This document shows positions 37,655-51,052 of a stretch of 64,000 nucleotides of DNA, one piece after another. Numbering within the stretch: position 1 is the stretch's first letter; each line of letters opens with the position of its first letter. The notes beneath the pieces are model-generated. The model was not told where the DNA came from, did not search any database, and saw nothing but the letters and a program-made list of their open reading frames with translations. Source of the DNA: Lingula anatina (Eukaryota; Animalia; Brachiopoda). Where the stretch lies: the NCBI GenBank assembly GCA_051362555.1, contig CM120642.1:15872001-15936000 (forward strand), written 5' to 3'. The position numbers and the translations under genes were made by a program.

Positions 37655-39594
37655 TTTGCTTTCAAGCCTCTTGTTAATTTTCTATATAATGATCGAAGGA
37701 TGTTACTTTCATGATAATAACCTGTAGATAAATAAAAATAAACGCCATCAAATAGCTTTAAGAGAGTTCTAATTCCACCGGTGAGAAGGAAAGCACTCAT
37801 AATTTGTGGATAATTTCACACAAATGACGTATCACATTGCGTGCAGAGCAAGGATGGGGTTGTTTGCGAACCTTTTTGCCTTCATCTGGCACTAATTATT
37901 TTCCTTTTAAATATAATTTTTGAACTATCTTTCTTGCCTGATGATATCCAATCTACAAAGGAATTGGTATCAAATAACTTTAATAGAGATTTAATTCCAT
38001 CGATGATAAGAAAAACACCTTTTAGGATTTCACGATTTCGGACAAATGACGTTATTTTCAAAATTTGCGAAGGTGATTGAAGATAATAGTCTGGTAGCAA
38101 AGAAATATCTCTATCACGCACAGATATTTTGCACGCACTTAGGAAAGTGTGGTTATACAGTATCAAATAGGAACTTCAGCATCTTTATTGTTTTTTTTTC
38201 CACATACCGTCCTAATATTATGTATGTGTACAATTATTCCGCCTACCATAAGAAGATTAGATGCGATTATAACGTCAGAAAATACAATAGAAGGAGTGTG
38301 ATAATTATAGGGTCGCTAAACGATTTTTGACGGAATATAGTTACTAGCCTAATCCCCTGGTCGCCTAGGTAGGCACTCCCCCTTAGAGTACTTATGTAAA
38401 CAAACGTAGCGAACTATCCTTTTGTTCAACAGCTTTGCGCGTTCAGCGGATTATATTTGTAGTGGCACTATATAGCTAACTGCAGTTGAACCTGTGAAAG
38501 CTGTTATTTGATTCATTCTGTTGTGTCGGACGTTGTGGACCAGCCCATAGTCTAGTGAGATTTCCACAAAATGTAAAGAGTAGGGGCATTTTTGGGTAAA
38601 AGTTGGGAACCAGGCTTATTAGCATAATTTTGCCATGCTGAATCCGATTTACCCGGTTCCCAAGCGAAATTTTGCTTTTTTTTTTAAGGTCTAATTTGCA
38701 AAAAACAAAAATGGCCGCCGGATTTCCAATTTTCGCAATATCTCTGTACCTAAAGACAGGCGAATACGACAAATGAAGTGTCCTTACCTAATTTTTCAGG
38801 TCGAGGAACATCGATATTTCTGTAAGAATTAGGTTTACCCAATTTTCCTAAATATGCAAATTAGGACCGCCATTACTGAAAAACCGTTTTGCTACTGTAT
38901 CTCTTTAATTAGGCAAGCAAAAATGACACATGAAGTGCCCACACCCATGTTTTCAGGGTCAAGGAAAGTGGTTAAGACATTTCACCATAACCAAATCAGT
39001 AATAAGTGCTACACTGTCACACTGTTGCAATTATTCGAATTGAATTTGGAGATAAAATACTGTGCTGCCATTGGGATGTAAACACTGGGCCACACAATTG
39101 CCCCTTTTACCAAGAAAAATTTGATTCCCTTATAAATGCAATGGAGGGATTTACTGAATCAAGTAATTCATGTGATGCAATGTACAAACTTGACATTTAA
39201 TATAATGGTAATAATAAGTTTATTGAGCACTAAATGATATGAATGCATTTGCAGGCTCACTAGACTACATTATTTACACAATATATAAGAATATACATTT
39301 ATATATGGACTTTTTTCAAACATATTTTCTTTGATTTTTCCCCATCTGTTAGTAATGAATGAAATGAACACTTGTTATCATGTTCGATATGGCTTTAATA
39401 AATCATTCCGTGTCAATACATCATCCAAAATTTAATTTAAATATTCAAATCAGCATTATAAACAGCACATGGGTAATTTTATAGCGGATAACACAAGGTA
39501 CTGAATTCTTATGAACTCAATATTATCAAAAATATCAGTTGGTAAGGATTTTCTCTTAAACAAAAGAATCATCAAGATAAATTTAAAAAATGGA

Positions 39595-40585
39595 ACAGTT
39601 AATAATGCGTGCAGCTTCCTCTAGCTACAACCGGAACCCTCATTTGGCGAGGCATTCCTGCAGAGAGGTTTCTGAGAGTTTGATCTGGTATTGTGTACCA
39701 CCCATCAGTCAGAGCTTGTCAAAGCTGGTGCAGATTTGTCGGCTGGACCGGTAAGCTTTTGATTCTGCGAGTGATTTCTGCCAACAGGTTCATTATTGGA
39801 TTCATGGCAATTAGTTTACCTCTTGGTTTTGCAGAAAAGCAGTTATTGCATAGGTACGGTGTGGTCTGGCATTGTCATCTTGCAAGATGAAGTTGTCCTG
39901 GAAGTATCTTCTTGTAAATGGCAAGCAAGTATTCTCTAAAATGTCCCTGTATTTCTTCTGGTTGAGATTTCCATCAAGTGCCACCAATGGTGTTTTGGCT
40001 CCAGTGTGGAAACTGGTCCATACACAGAAACTGCCACTGCCAGCAGTCACTGTAGGGGTGACACAAGCCTCGTGCAGTACCTCGTCTGGAAGCCTACGGA
40101 CTCTGATTCGGCCATCGCGGCAGTGGAGCTCAAGCCTTGCCTCGACTGTAAAAACCACATGAACCCAGTGCTGTGGCTGGAACCGTGTCTAGCCCACCGT
40201 TGAGGCAGACGTTGGTGTTGCTCTGTTAATAGAGGCTTCCTTTAAGGTCGCCTAACGTGGTAAGCGGCTAAAAGTAGCCTTGTGTTCACTTGGATTCTAG
40301 AAACACGGGTTTAAATGGTGATTTGCCACTCATTTTGTAGAGCATGAATTTTTTTTTGTCCGGTTGTTGCGACATAACTGCTGGTCGTGACTTTCAGACG
40401 TCCTGGTCGTGGTCTCTGTGTTGGTGTACCAGTCTGGGCGTGTCTCTCTAAGGCTTTAGAAACTGCTCCCTGGGACACATTCAGCTGTCTGGCAATAGCA
40501 GTTTGCTTCTGCCCATTCTGGTATAATGCAAGAATAGTGTGGCAAGTTGCTGCCGTTAGTTCAAGTACCATAAGGTCAGCTAAGA
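39595..40585 (-). mobile_element. Tc1-like transposase pseudogene
   Basis: HTH region (QKQTAIARQLNVSQGAVSKAL..RPRPGRLKVT) and DDE region (DGRIRVRR..GNLNQKKYRDIL..ILQDDNARPHR), with frameshifts and stops. Confidence 0.9.
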
Positions 40586-43500
40586 TTCTGCCAAGGGTAT
40601 GTAGTTTTGGTTGGGTGGCGAGAAAAAAAGTTACTAAATTTCCAGAAAGTTCATTTTTTTTCATCCAGGTATCCCTTTGATGAACTCACTGACCCTTTTA
40701 TTTCCCTCTTTCATCACGTTGCCTGCATTTAATCAAGTTGCATCCACAGGTAAAAGTGGGGTAAACTGATTAAATCATTCATCCGTGTATTCCTTTATTG
40801 AAGTGTCAGTTTACATTTTTTTCTCCATTTCCCAATGACAAATAAAATACTTTTATTCCCTGGGCATTGTCAGCTTTTAAGTAATTTGATGATTTTACTA
40901 AATACAATATATTTCGAAAATATTTCAAAATGTTCAATTTTTTTACATGTTTTTCTTAGAATTACCATTTTAGTATTATTAACGAAGCATCCTGTTCCAA
41001 CCAATCGATTGGTTTGCCATATGATCTTGCAAACTTGCTTAACTAACAAGAGTTGCTTTCGAGCCTCTCGTGTTTTATATATGATCAATAGATGTTAATA
41101 TGTTCCTGATGATAACCTATCTTTACAGAAACCGAAACAAATAACATCAAACAGCTTTAAAAGAGTTCTAATTCCACCGGTTGAAGTAAAGCACTCATAA
41201 TTTGTGGATAATTTCACCCACAATGTGCTGTCTCTTATTTAAGAGTTGGTTTTCGGGATATTGTCATAGAGCCCCATATGTTTGGCATCTTGTCCATCCC
41301 ACTGATCTCTAAGTAATCTGGTGTAACATCTATCATGAATGTCCTGACTTGTTGATGCCATCCATGCACCAAGATATTTGAAGCCATATATTTAAGGTTA
41401 CCTCTCAGGTCTGTTAATGCGCGTGAGCTTCCTGAATCTTGTAATGTATAGCCAATTTTTTTGTTTTTAATTCATTTTCTGTCTTATATTCAGTATAATA
41501 GTCAGGATAATTGTGTTTTAGTGTGTGAGTGTGTGTATATACGTGACGGCTGAAACGAGTAGGTTATACAATAATTACTTGATCTGCTTTACCTGAATTG
41601 CTTTCGACCCTCCTGGTAGTTTCGTTTTTTTATTTTGATAGATATATAATGGAACAGGCTTCGCCTCCATCATGTTAATCGATCTATAAAATTACAGTAA
41701 TAGCTTTAAAAACGTTCTTTGTACATTAGTTATAAGGAAGACACTATTTTATGTTATTTAATTTCAAAAGGTGAAGATTGATTGCATCCAGAAAGTGATA
41801 AGTTGTTTAGAACGTTTTATGATCAAATGTTTTTGGTCAGCCTGTTTTCCTTAAACTTGACCACATCATTAAACTTTTCTCTTTTTTGCGTATTCTATTT
41901 TTCTCAACTGCGAACTATTAATACGGGGTTGGATCAACCATGTCCTTCACGTCTGAATCGCTTTCTATAGAAAAAATAAATTATGCACAAAATTTCCATT
42001 TATTCCTTTTTGATCGTAAATTTCCTGGTTGTGCACAATGTAATCTCGGCAAAAACAGACCAATGTGGTGTCTCATTATGCAAATGTATGCAAACACTAA
42101 GTGGGCTGTGTTCAACTTCTTGTTCTTACTTGGCCATCAGTTCAATGTTCATTTTTCATGATCTCTCTTTTCTTCTGTGCTGTAGCGAACTGAACTTAAT
42201 TGACATGCATAAATTGTACTTTCTTGAATCTGAATTGTTTTGAGACATGATGATTACCGAAAAAAAACATCAATGATAAATAACTGGTCCTGTAATTTCT
42301 TAGAGTTTTTTAAAGTTAATATTTGACCTTACTTCGGGTCTCTCGAAAAATGTGAAGCTTGGGCAACTCTGCTTGTAGCAAAGAAAGCAGAGCTTTGTTA
42401 ACACTTGTGAAAAGGCATTGTCAGTTAACGGATCAAAAACGGTCTTCTAATTCAAATAGATAGATTCACAGTTGCAATATGAGTTCATGCAGCGTTCGCA
42501 GACACAGATTTATATGAAACTGAAATTAAGTTTCGATTCGAGACAAAAGATCAGATATTTACAATACAAAGTGATTTATTCAATAAAATAAAGACAATGG
42601 CATAATCACCTCTATTTCATCAATGAAATTTTCAAACTTTAAAACTCATAAGCACTTTAATCTAGTCTCCTTCGACTTCATTTGTTGGATCATTCTTACG
42701 AATAACAAAATGAAAACTGATCAATCATTGTAATTATCTTTTATCAAACAGTGTTCAAAATAAAGTTTTTTCAAATAAGTACCAGGGACTGCATATCGTA
42801 ATAACGGAGTCGAGTACTGTTAGTAACCACAGTCATATGAATATCCATAAAAGAGACATCAGAAGAAATTCAGATATACCTTAAACACGTGTAATTAAAA
42901 CAATATTAATACATCAAGCGCCACTTGTAAATTGCGAAGAGTCCATCAGTCATTGCACACTATCTAGTTATACTTTCATAGCGTCGTCTTTTAGGTAAAT
43001 AAAACACTTCTAAACTACCTTTACTTTTTTGGGTTTATTTGTAAAAACAAAGAAAACTAAAATAATAAGATTTCAAAAAAGCAGCAGAATTCCAAAATAT
43101 GATTTATGTAGCCAAATTTTCATAAGCACAGCAAAGCTCTGTATTTGCTCAAATAAGGTCCATATGACTGAAAATTGTCAAGATTAATGTGAAACAACAA
43201 AAGCTTTTTGAGCAAAATGTTCGCACCAAAGAAAAATAAGCCCCCCCCCTCCAAAAAAAAAAAAAATAATATGATACAATATAATCAAATATCTCCATAC
43301 TAAATAACTACCATAAATATATTAACTAAAGTGTAGGTTAATGATTGCAACCAACATTTAAAATTAGACAACATTATAAAAAATATATGAAGCTATTGGA
43401 GCAAAAAGATGTCTGTTGGGAAAGGGGAAAGGTGGACTGGTTGTTTGTCAGTCAACAAGTGACCTTCATTAGCTGAAAGTCTTGGGGGGGGGGGGGGGGG

Positions 43501-44669
43501 AGAGAAAACCGTGGGTGAGTTGAGGTAACACCTAGCCCTCTCCGCTTACTCGTATTATGCTTGATCACAAGTGTCTCGCTTATGTTAAGTTGGATGATCA
43601 TATAGCTGTTTTTTCCGAAACACTTGGTTGCCAGCTGGAGGGTTTTCATTGAGCGCGTAAACTGCAGGCGAGTCAGAGGTCAAAATTTTCCCTAATAACC
43701 CCTTTCAACTCCCTCACTACATCATAACTTCTGCAATGTCTTACCTACGTAGCTCTAATAATTACGATTATTTTCAGACGTATCGAAAAGAGTAATTGAT
43801 TAAGGATTGTGGTGATTTTTTTAACATAATGCTTCCTAAAATCTTATATTTGCCAGTTAATGAAAAGAAAAAGAAAATGCAGCATATAATGATTTCCCTT
43901 TTATGATTCTGCTGTAATATTGAAATTTCATCCTTGTCTGGGCAGATTTAAAAATGGTCTAGGTCATAATTAATAAAATTAAAATCTGAATGGACTATAA
44001 TTTGGCCTAGTCCAGTTTAAAAGCTAATTGGATTTCAATCTTGCCTGCGACACACACATAGACACGCACACATAAAGCAATAACATATATTACATTGTTC
44101 ATGTCAAAATATCAATGTGCATTCACCAATATATCATGTATTTGTTAGATCATAGCCATTGTACTAGGTGTACTCGAATCAATAAAGTAATAATGAAAAT
44201 TTGCTCGCTGGCGTCAGCGTGCACTACGTGTATTTAATAGTAATGATAATAATCCAGGAAATTTACGCTACCGTTAAAATGCACCTTAGACCTTAATGCA
44301 GCAACTATTCAAATTTCTTGGAAATCTCAACAATTTGCCCATCATCAAACGGGCATATCGTGACTTATATGTTGAGATCAACCATAATTACCTTTTATAA
44401 AGCTATTTTCAAGTACATAGGACTATATATTTTTATGTTATGAGTGAAAGTCACCAGTCTCTAGAGTGACATAATACTCGACAATGCATTTATTGTCAGT
44501 TATTTTTTCAAATATTTTGGATATGCATTGTTGAAAAGGTAATAAAATACCCAGGATTTTATGTTATTGAAATGTGTAACGCTCACTGCATGCCTTCAAA
44601 TGGCCTTTCCATTCTCTTTACATGATCATGTTCAGCGCTAGTGGTGCTGTCAAGTGACCTTTTTATTTT

Positions 44670-46277
44670 CTATTCGTGGTCGTGTTCAGCGCTGGTGGTG
44701 GCGCTGCATCCTTTAGAGAAAACATGCACGTCATTCCTGAAGACAAGACTGACCGTGACCAAAGCGACCCCTTGGATGCAGTTGCATCCTAACATTAGCA
44801 TGCAGTAGTCATTAGCCTGGTTGTAAATTGACAGACCCACGAAAACTACACCTAAAGCCTGAATTAAGGAACAAATTGCACTCACAGATGCTAATCTGCA
44901 GCTATCCATGTAGGTTCTTTGAACGGTCACGGCGCATCTATCAATACGCAAAACACGCACCAATCGCAGAAACATTACTGCATTAAGAGAAACCGCTACA
45001 ATAGCAGGACCGGCCATAAGGAGCATATAGCCATTCAAATCTATAAAGAAGCATGTGCCTTGGCTATATGAAACACTGATGAATGGTTGTTCTCTTAGTT
45101 CAAAAAGAAAGCCAAGTGAAACTACCAAAAGTGCAAATGCGTAACTGATCGCGGTACATATCGATAGGTGTCGCTTTTTGTTGTGTGTCAACAGCAGACG
45201 AGACATGACATTGTGATAAGCATGGTAGGATATAACTGGTAGCCAACAAAAACTTATCACCCAAAAGAAGTGAGCGGACATTGTAATGTACATACATTCT
45301 GAATAACTATCTGTGTTGCTCATCATTTCTTGTATAAACAGAAAAAGTTGAAATAAGAAGCAAGTCGCAAGCTGATGTAAGATGACCCTACATGCAATGT
45401 TTTTGTACCATCTCAAATATCCGTGTATGCCAATGTTGCCCAAATACATACACATCGTACATATGGGCATGGCCCATCGGCGCATCATTTCCTTTGCGAA
45501 AGATCTAAGAAGAGTTCGATTTTGTTGACTATCATGAACCACACTTTCGAAGTAATCTGACAAAAAATCCTTAATTGCATGCGAGCAAACGAAAGCAGCA
45601 CCATTCAAAATTGTGACTTCACTTGCGTGTACCTTAGCGATAATTCCAGCATATTGAAATGAGTACACATTTTCTCTTAAATGTATGGAAATACTGCTGT
45701 TCAATAGAATTTTAACTAGCAAACATGGCAATTCTTTCACTGCATCACTGGAATTAAAGAACAGAAAGAGACTTTTCAAATCAGACGTCAAGTCGATCAT
45801 TTGAAAGGCATGGGCGTTATTCATAACCTTTGGTGTCAGTTGGCTACCATTGACTGTGATTTGTAATTCAGATTTTAGCAAATAATTAGACAGATTCTCT
45901 CGAAATGTCCTGACTGAAGAGATGATGGAATCATAGGTAGCATGCACCCCTTTTGGTGTAAAATTCAAGTCTACCAACAGTCCCATAATTGACACATCAG
46001 ACAAACGGAAAGCTAGCTTGCAAATTATATTAAAAGGAACTATCATGTCATGTAAGTACTGGTTTGTTTCCAGAAGCGTGTGAAATGCTTTTAAAATTGG
46101 CCTGCAAAAAAAGTACTGGGGTATCTTTCCAGTTACACTTTGATAGTCGGTGAATGTGAAATAGATGTACAAGTACAGATCCAAGCCCGACATATTCTGG
46201 AACAGTTCTGTCCTAGAGCGACATCTATCGTTTTCGGTACCACGAGGACAGTCAAATGTCTGAAGATCGCAGCTTTC
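44670..46277 (-). CDS. Receptor copy C, exon 3 (7TM)
   Basis: TTCCAG|GAA acceptor at 46277, open to stop at 44670; retains the TM3 cysteine (ECMYITMSAHFFW). Confidence 0.9.
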   Translation of the reverse strand, partial: ESCDLQTFDCPRGTENDRCRSRTELFQNMSGLDLYLYIYFTFTDYQSVTGKIPQYFFCRPILKAFHTLLETNQYLHDMIVPFNIICKLAFRLSDVSIMGLLVDLNFTPKGVHATYDSIISSVRTFRENLSNYLLKSELQITVNGSQLTPKVMNNAHAFQMIDLTSDLKSLFLFFNSSDAVKELPCLLVKILLNSSISIHLRENVYSFQYAGIIAKVHASEVTILNGAAFVCSHAIKDFLSDYFESVVHDSQQNRTLLRSFAKEMMRRWAMPICTMCMYLGNIGIHGYLRWYKNIACRVILHQLATCFLFQLFLFIQEMMSNTDSYSECMYITMSAHFFWVISFCWLPVISYHAYHNVMSRLLLTHNKKRHLSICTAISYAFALLVVSLGFLFELREQPFISVSYSQGTCFFIDLNGYMLLMAGPAIVAVSLNAVMFLRLVRVLRIDRCAVTVQRTYMDSCRLASVSAICSLIQALGVVFVGLSIYNQANDYCMLMLGCNCIQGVALVTVSLVFRNDVHVFSKGCSATTSAEHDHE

Positions 46278-46518
46278 CTGGAATAAAAAAAACACATATA
46301 AGCAAAACAGGTTCCGGCTTCATAAAAAGACTAAGCTCGAATATCGGTCCTTGAAAAGAATCATTTCACACCCGACAAAGTTGCGATTCAAGAATACTCT
46401 GAAAACTACTGTTGAACTAAGTTTTTCCTGCAAATTGTCATTGTGTGTTCCTTAAGGGGGGATTTCAGGTTAAGGGGCGGGCACGAGCTCTCCCCTGGGT
46501 CCACCATTAATGATATTT

Positions 46519-47235
46519 AACTCCATTAGCAAAAAGTGTTACCCCTAATACAATGCGTAAAGTGATACAAAAATCACAGCTGAACCAATGTTTTTTATTT
46601 AACTTGAAAAAGGTTTTTCCACAAAATTTTACTGATTGTCAAACCGATGAATAAGCTTATTATTGAAAAAATCAAAGCCACACTTTATTATTTTGCACAC
46701 TATCCTCTGGATTGGTGGATACACCTAATGTATCTGTTCGTGGAGTCAAAAAGTTCTCCACGTACAGCCAATGTAGCAACAGGCGGATGGAAGTTTGCGG
46801 AGTGGTGGCGTTCCACACACTCTCAATGAAGTTCTGATCTTGGGATTGAGCTGGCCGTGGGGGGAGGATGAGGGGGTGGGGTGCTTCTTGACTCATAACA
46901 GCAACCTTGCCAAAATAACGGTTATTGTGCAGACATCTTCTGACGGTAAACTAAGAAATATCAATCGCTCTATTTTGCCAATTCGGCGGGTCAAACCTCC
47001 CTCATATGTCAACCGCTAGGTAAAAAAAGTATTTTTCTCACTTAGGAGCCGCATTTTTAAAATATTTGATTTTGGTGTTTCAATGGTCACGCTAGGTACT
47101 GCAGTAGATCGATGTTCTGCTACTCAGATCCCAAATTTTCACGATGATCGATTGCCTAATTGTTATGCTCTAGTCAAATTAAATGAATGGGTACCCTTGT
47201 AGCAATGTGGTAGAGGTAACATTTTTTTGCCAGGT
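46519..47235 (-). mobile_element. Internally deleted Tc1 element related to 8818-9926
   Basis: Shared terminus TAGCAAAAAGTGTTACCCCTAAT and GGTACCCTTGTA(G/A)CAATG; RPAQSQDQNFIESVW corresponds to the WPxxSPDLNPIE motif. Confidence 0.75.
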
Positions 47236-47652
47236 TCACCCCCTACGCTATAGAAAAGGTAATTATTTCACCAATACCCTATCCAAGATACACAGTAAAA
47301 TTACTGGAGAATCAGCTTACATGTAGCACCATTTCAAAAGTATCCACTTCGTAATGAGAGGGTTAAATTTATCGCATTTAGTAAAAACGATCTCGCTTGC
47401 AACATTTATTCTGCTTAACAATAGAAAAAAGATTGAAAACAGTGAAGGGTTAATACATACCGTGTAACATATAGCGACCCATACACGTATATTTCCATAA
47501 CTATAACACTGCCATTCATCCCTTATACTGCCCTCAACGGGTATCAATATCAATTCGCCGACTCAGAATTTGGACTTGAAACCAGTGTGCTGACATGTAA
47601 AAGACATGTAAGTGCCCACATTGTTTTATTTCCCTGCCTGCAGGTCGACACA

Positions 47653-48885
47653 ATTATCTCCGCCAAGGAGGTCATGTTTTCGGGTCGTGTTTGCAGGTCT
47701 CTTAAGGATATTGTAACCTTCAGCCCAAAAGTCCTTATTTACTGCCTTACATACATTCTTTTGGGTAATAAATACATGTCCAGTGTTCAGTTTACTAAAT
47801 TAATTAATATTTCACACGTTTACTAAATTAATTAATATTTCACACGTCATCCTACGGATGACGTCATAATTGCGAATTCTGGGCAAAAATTGAAAAAAAA
47901 ATTCTCATATTTCTTCTTTACCCACGATCACCAATTTCATGACACCATTTGACACTCCAAAACCCTTCCAGCGATTTTCCTTAAAAGTCTTAGTTCCGAT
48001 TTTATCGGTGATAAAGCTAAATAATGCCTTTGTGGAATAAAAATCTTTAATTAGGGGATCATTTTCCATTACAAAAATTTAAACCAAAATGACGGCACGG
48101 GATTGTAGCCCTTACACTCGAGGTCAACTTTGCCAATGTTCGTGGTAAAATCTTGTTCAGGGATGAAGTTACGCCCCATGCCGATTGCCATCTCACCTCA
48201 AAATAGAAAGGCTTTAGATTGACGATGAAAGCTTTGAGTTGCCTATGCTTGTACATTGTAACGGGAAATATAAAAACCGAATTTTTCATACTTTCGAGGA
48301 GATTTTTATTGTTTTAAATCAACACAAAGATAGATGCATTACTGAATAATTAGAGGCAGTAGAAAACCCATTTCGGAATCTGGATGATAATGAAGGGTTA
48401 ATTGCTATTGTCTGTTGGCAACATTTTGAAAATGTTTCAAACAGATTTGGATAAAATTTTCAGAAAGTGTCGGGAGTGGACCAAGTAAAAAACGATTAGA
48501 TTTTGGTGATTACCCACTGACCAATAAATGGTCTGTTAGCAACATCATGCAAAAAGTTAACAGATAATTTTAATGTTTTGGAAACTGTTAAGATTAGTAC
48601 CAATTACCAACGACTAGGTTTTGACGATGATCCATTCAGTAGCTTATTAATGAATTAATAAAATCTGGTTGACTTTTAGCAACAAGAAGAAGTTATGAAG
48701 GGATTTTGATGAAATTTTCAGGATAGAACAGAAATAAGCTAGGTTTTGGTGGTGATTGATTGATTAAGTTGATTAATATGTTTTGAGAATTTATCAAATT
48801 ATTCAGTTTATTTATTAATAATTAATAATAATAATGATAATTGAGTGACCCTGGTGGAGGTCTACGCTATCTAAGTGCTTTTTTT
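47653..48885 (+). mobile_element. Helentron/HINE element with internal repeats and probable nested DNA
   Basis: 5' TCTCCGCCAAGGAGGTCATGTTTT, 3' CCCTGGTGGAGGTCTACGCTATCTAAGTGCTTT; core repeats (AAATTTTCAG..TTTTGGTG) like those of 1986-2222. Confidence 0.65.
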
Positions 48886-49145
48886 TGTTCCATATTAAAG
48901 TATTGCATTTGGTCAGTAGAGTCTAGTTTTAAATTACATGCTATTTCAAGTTTTTTCCTGGCTTTTGGATGTTTCATAAAACATTATTTAAGGCACGTGA
49001 TGTCAGTGGAAATCCAATTAATCAAGATATTCGATTTACATAAATGTACACACTGCAGTAATTCATGCAAAAGAGAGAAAGCGAGACCAAGAAATTCCTC
49101 TTTCCTGTTTGATTTTACAACGCATTGAATGAAAATGATACATAC

Positions 49146-49276
49146 TGTGAAGCCATCACTGTTTGACTTTCCCCTTTGCTGGCAGAGGAAAGAGGCCTCC
49201 TCTCTGGCAAAAGCTTCGTCCACATTGATCTGGGACACAAAGGTAAATGGGATGAAGTCAAACCCGAATACATCTC
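49146..49276 (-). CDS. Receptor copy C, exon 2 (131 nt)
   Basis: TTTCAG|GA acceptor, ACA|GTATGT donor; in frame (DVFGFDFIPFTF..AREEASFLCQQ). Confidence 0.85.
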
Positions 49277-49506
49277 CTGAAATATCAATTTACCACACCT
49301 ATTTTGAAAAAGCGAACATATGCTTTCCCTTCGTTTTTAGAGTTATTCTAATAGATTGTAAGGAAAACAGTTTGGTATCGAGAATTAATACATGTTCGTC
49401 GTTGAGTTAAATTTACTTTCAGGTCTTGAAAATGTAATCTTTAATTCCATTTATGCAACAACGTAGTGTAGAAAACAAATAATTTACGCACGGTACCTTT
49501 ACTTAC

Positions 49507-50692
49507 GTTGTTTGGGACATATTCTCGCTGCTTTGTAAAAAAAGGGCATATTACATGAAAGGCAAAAGAAATTCTTATATTTGACACCTAACGACACCGC
49601 AAAGTTGCTCGGGCCTTCAGTGCACAATAGTTGCAAGGTTTCATAGGGTATTCCCGTTTCCGCCCATTCCACCGATATACTATGATTAGTAGTTGGGCAC
49701 GAAGCCAATTCTTGCCTGGTTGTACTGCAAGGATGCGACACTGCCAGTCTTGGCGCAGAAAAAAATATGTAGCAATCTGGGATTCTTAGCGTCTTTGTTA
49801 TCACCTCATCGGCTGTTGATGAATTAAGGATAAAGTCCGAGCTGTATCTTTCGCAATTTACTGCAGGTTTCCAAGCTTCATATTGTGTTACATCGTAGCA
49901 CCTTGCGCAGAAGACGTTCTTGAACGTCAATTGAACATTCCTGGCGTAAACTGGGGTAACCCGCAATGTGATATCTTCTGTAACATTGTCACCCCTTTCG
50001 CATTTTTCTCTTGTTATGTCATCTGGCCAGTGACTTGGACATGACGTCACAAACCAGAAATGATCCGTGTTTTCATCTGGTGGCTTCAGCGGACGACGTA
50101 CGCAGCTCACTTGGTCCATTGTCACGTTAACATCAGCGTCAGGTCTCATGTCAATGAAGTCACATTGGCTTTGTGGCCAGCAACAATCTTCAAACAATTC
50201 ACATAATTTGCCACACGAACAATGCACTGTGACAAAATTGTGATTTTTGTCGTTCATAAGGCAAGCAGGGGTGTTCGGCTTGGGAAGTTGTAAGTTCGAA
50301 ATGTTGGCGATCGCCACAGCTAGGTCGAAGGACTCCATTTTATCGACTTCGACACTGGAATTGATTGAGCGGGCTGGCAGTGCGGTTTCTTCAGCATTTA
50401 ACATATGTCTCCCAATATGTGCTGCGTTGTTGGAAAATTCACCGACTTCATCTGCACGTGCTTTGGTTCTCTGCACCTTCATTGTCTGGCTAATGTCGAC
50501 ACGTCTTTTACAGTTTGGTCCCAATGCTAGCTCAGATTTGATATGACTAGCATCTTGCTTGTTTTTCAGTTCTGTGAGTTTTTCCTTAGTCGATGACATC
50601 AGCATTGATCGTAATTCCAACTTGTTTGAGTTTTTGTCCAGCGCAGCGGAAGATCCGCGTAAAAGTAACACAAACAGACAAATGCAAAACAT
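49507..50692 (-). CDS. Receptor copy C, exon 1 (whole protein 974 aa)
   Basis: Signal peptide, same cysteine pattern, 1186 nt, donor C|GTAAGT. Confidence 0.9.
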
Positions 50693-51020
50693 GGTTATCT
50701 ATTCACTTAATAAGTTGTGAAGTTGTCAACCTTTGCAAAAGAGATGATTCATCATACACACGCCTTTTCAATAACAGGTCGTTTTCACTTTTTTCTTTTT
50801 TTTTTTTTTTTTTGCATATGGAGCCTCTTCGCCGCTCTAATACGTTTGTACGACTGGTATTTATACTCAGAAACCAAAATTGACAGAAAGAAGACACGCC
50901 TTCAAAATATTTTGTCGAATTGAATTTTTTTCGGAGGCATAATCCAACCAATACCAAGACTCTTTTTGTAGAGATCATAAATATTGTTTCTCGGCATAAT
51001 ATTCCAAGAAATGCACTGCA

Positions 51021-51052
51021 TGACGTCACGCTTACCCCACTGCGCATGCGTG
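51021..51052 (-). promoter_or_regulatory. Candidate proximal promoter motifs of copy C (CRE palindrome plus NRF1-like site)
   Basis: TGACGTCA at 51021-51028 and TGCGCATGCGTG at 51041-51052, 330-360 bp upstream of the ATG. Confidence 0.45.

Larger units (their letters stand above)
31790..41220. repeat. ~1.2-1.3-kb tandem repeat array (about 4-5 units) upstream of copy B, interrupted by two insertions
   Basis: Marker GTGGATAATTTCAC at ~31981, 33186, 34426, 37806 and 41204. Confidence 0.9.

Noticed and set aside
50247-50546. Plus-strand ORFs overlapping receptor exon 1 (also 29772-29981 and 30342-30545)
   Set aside because: Antisense shadows of real coding sequence, not conserved among the paralogues.
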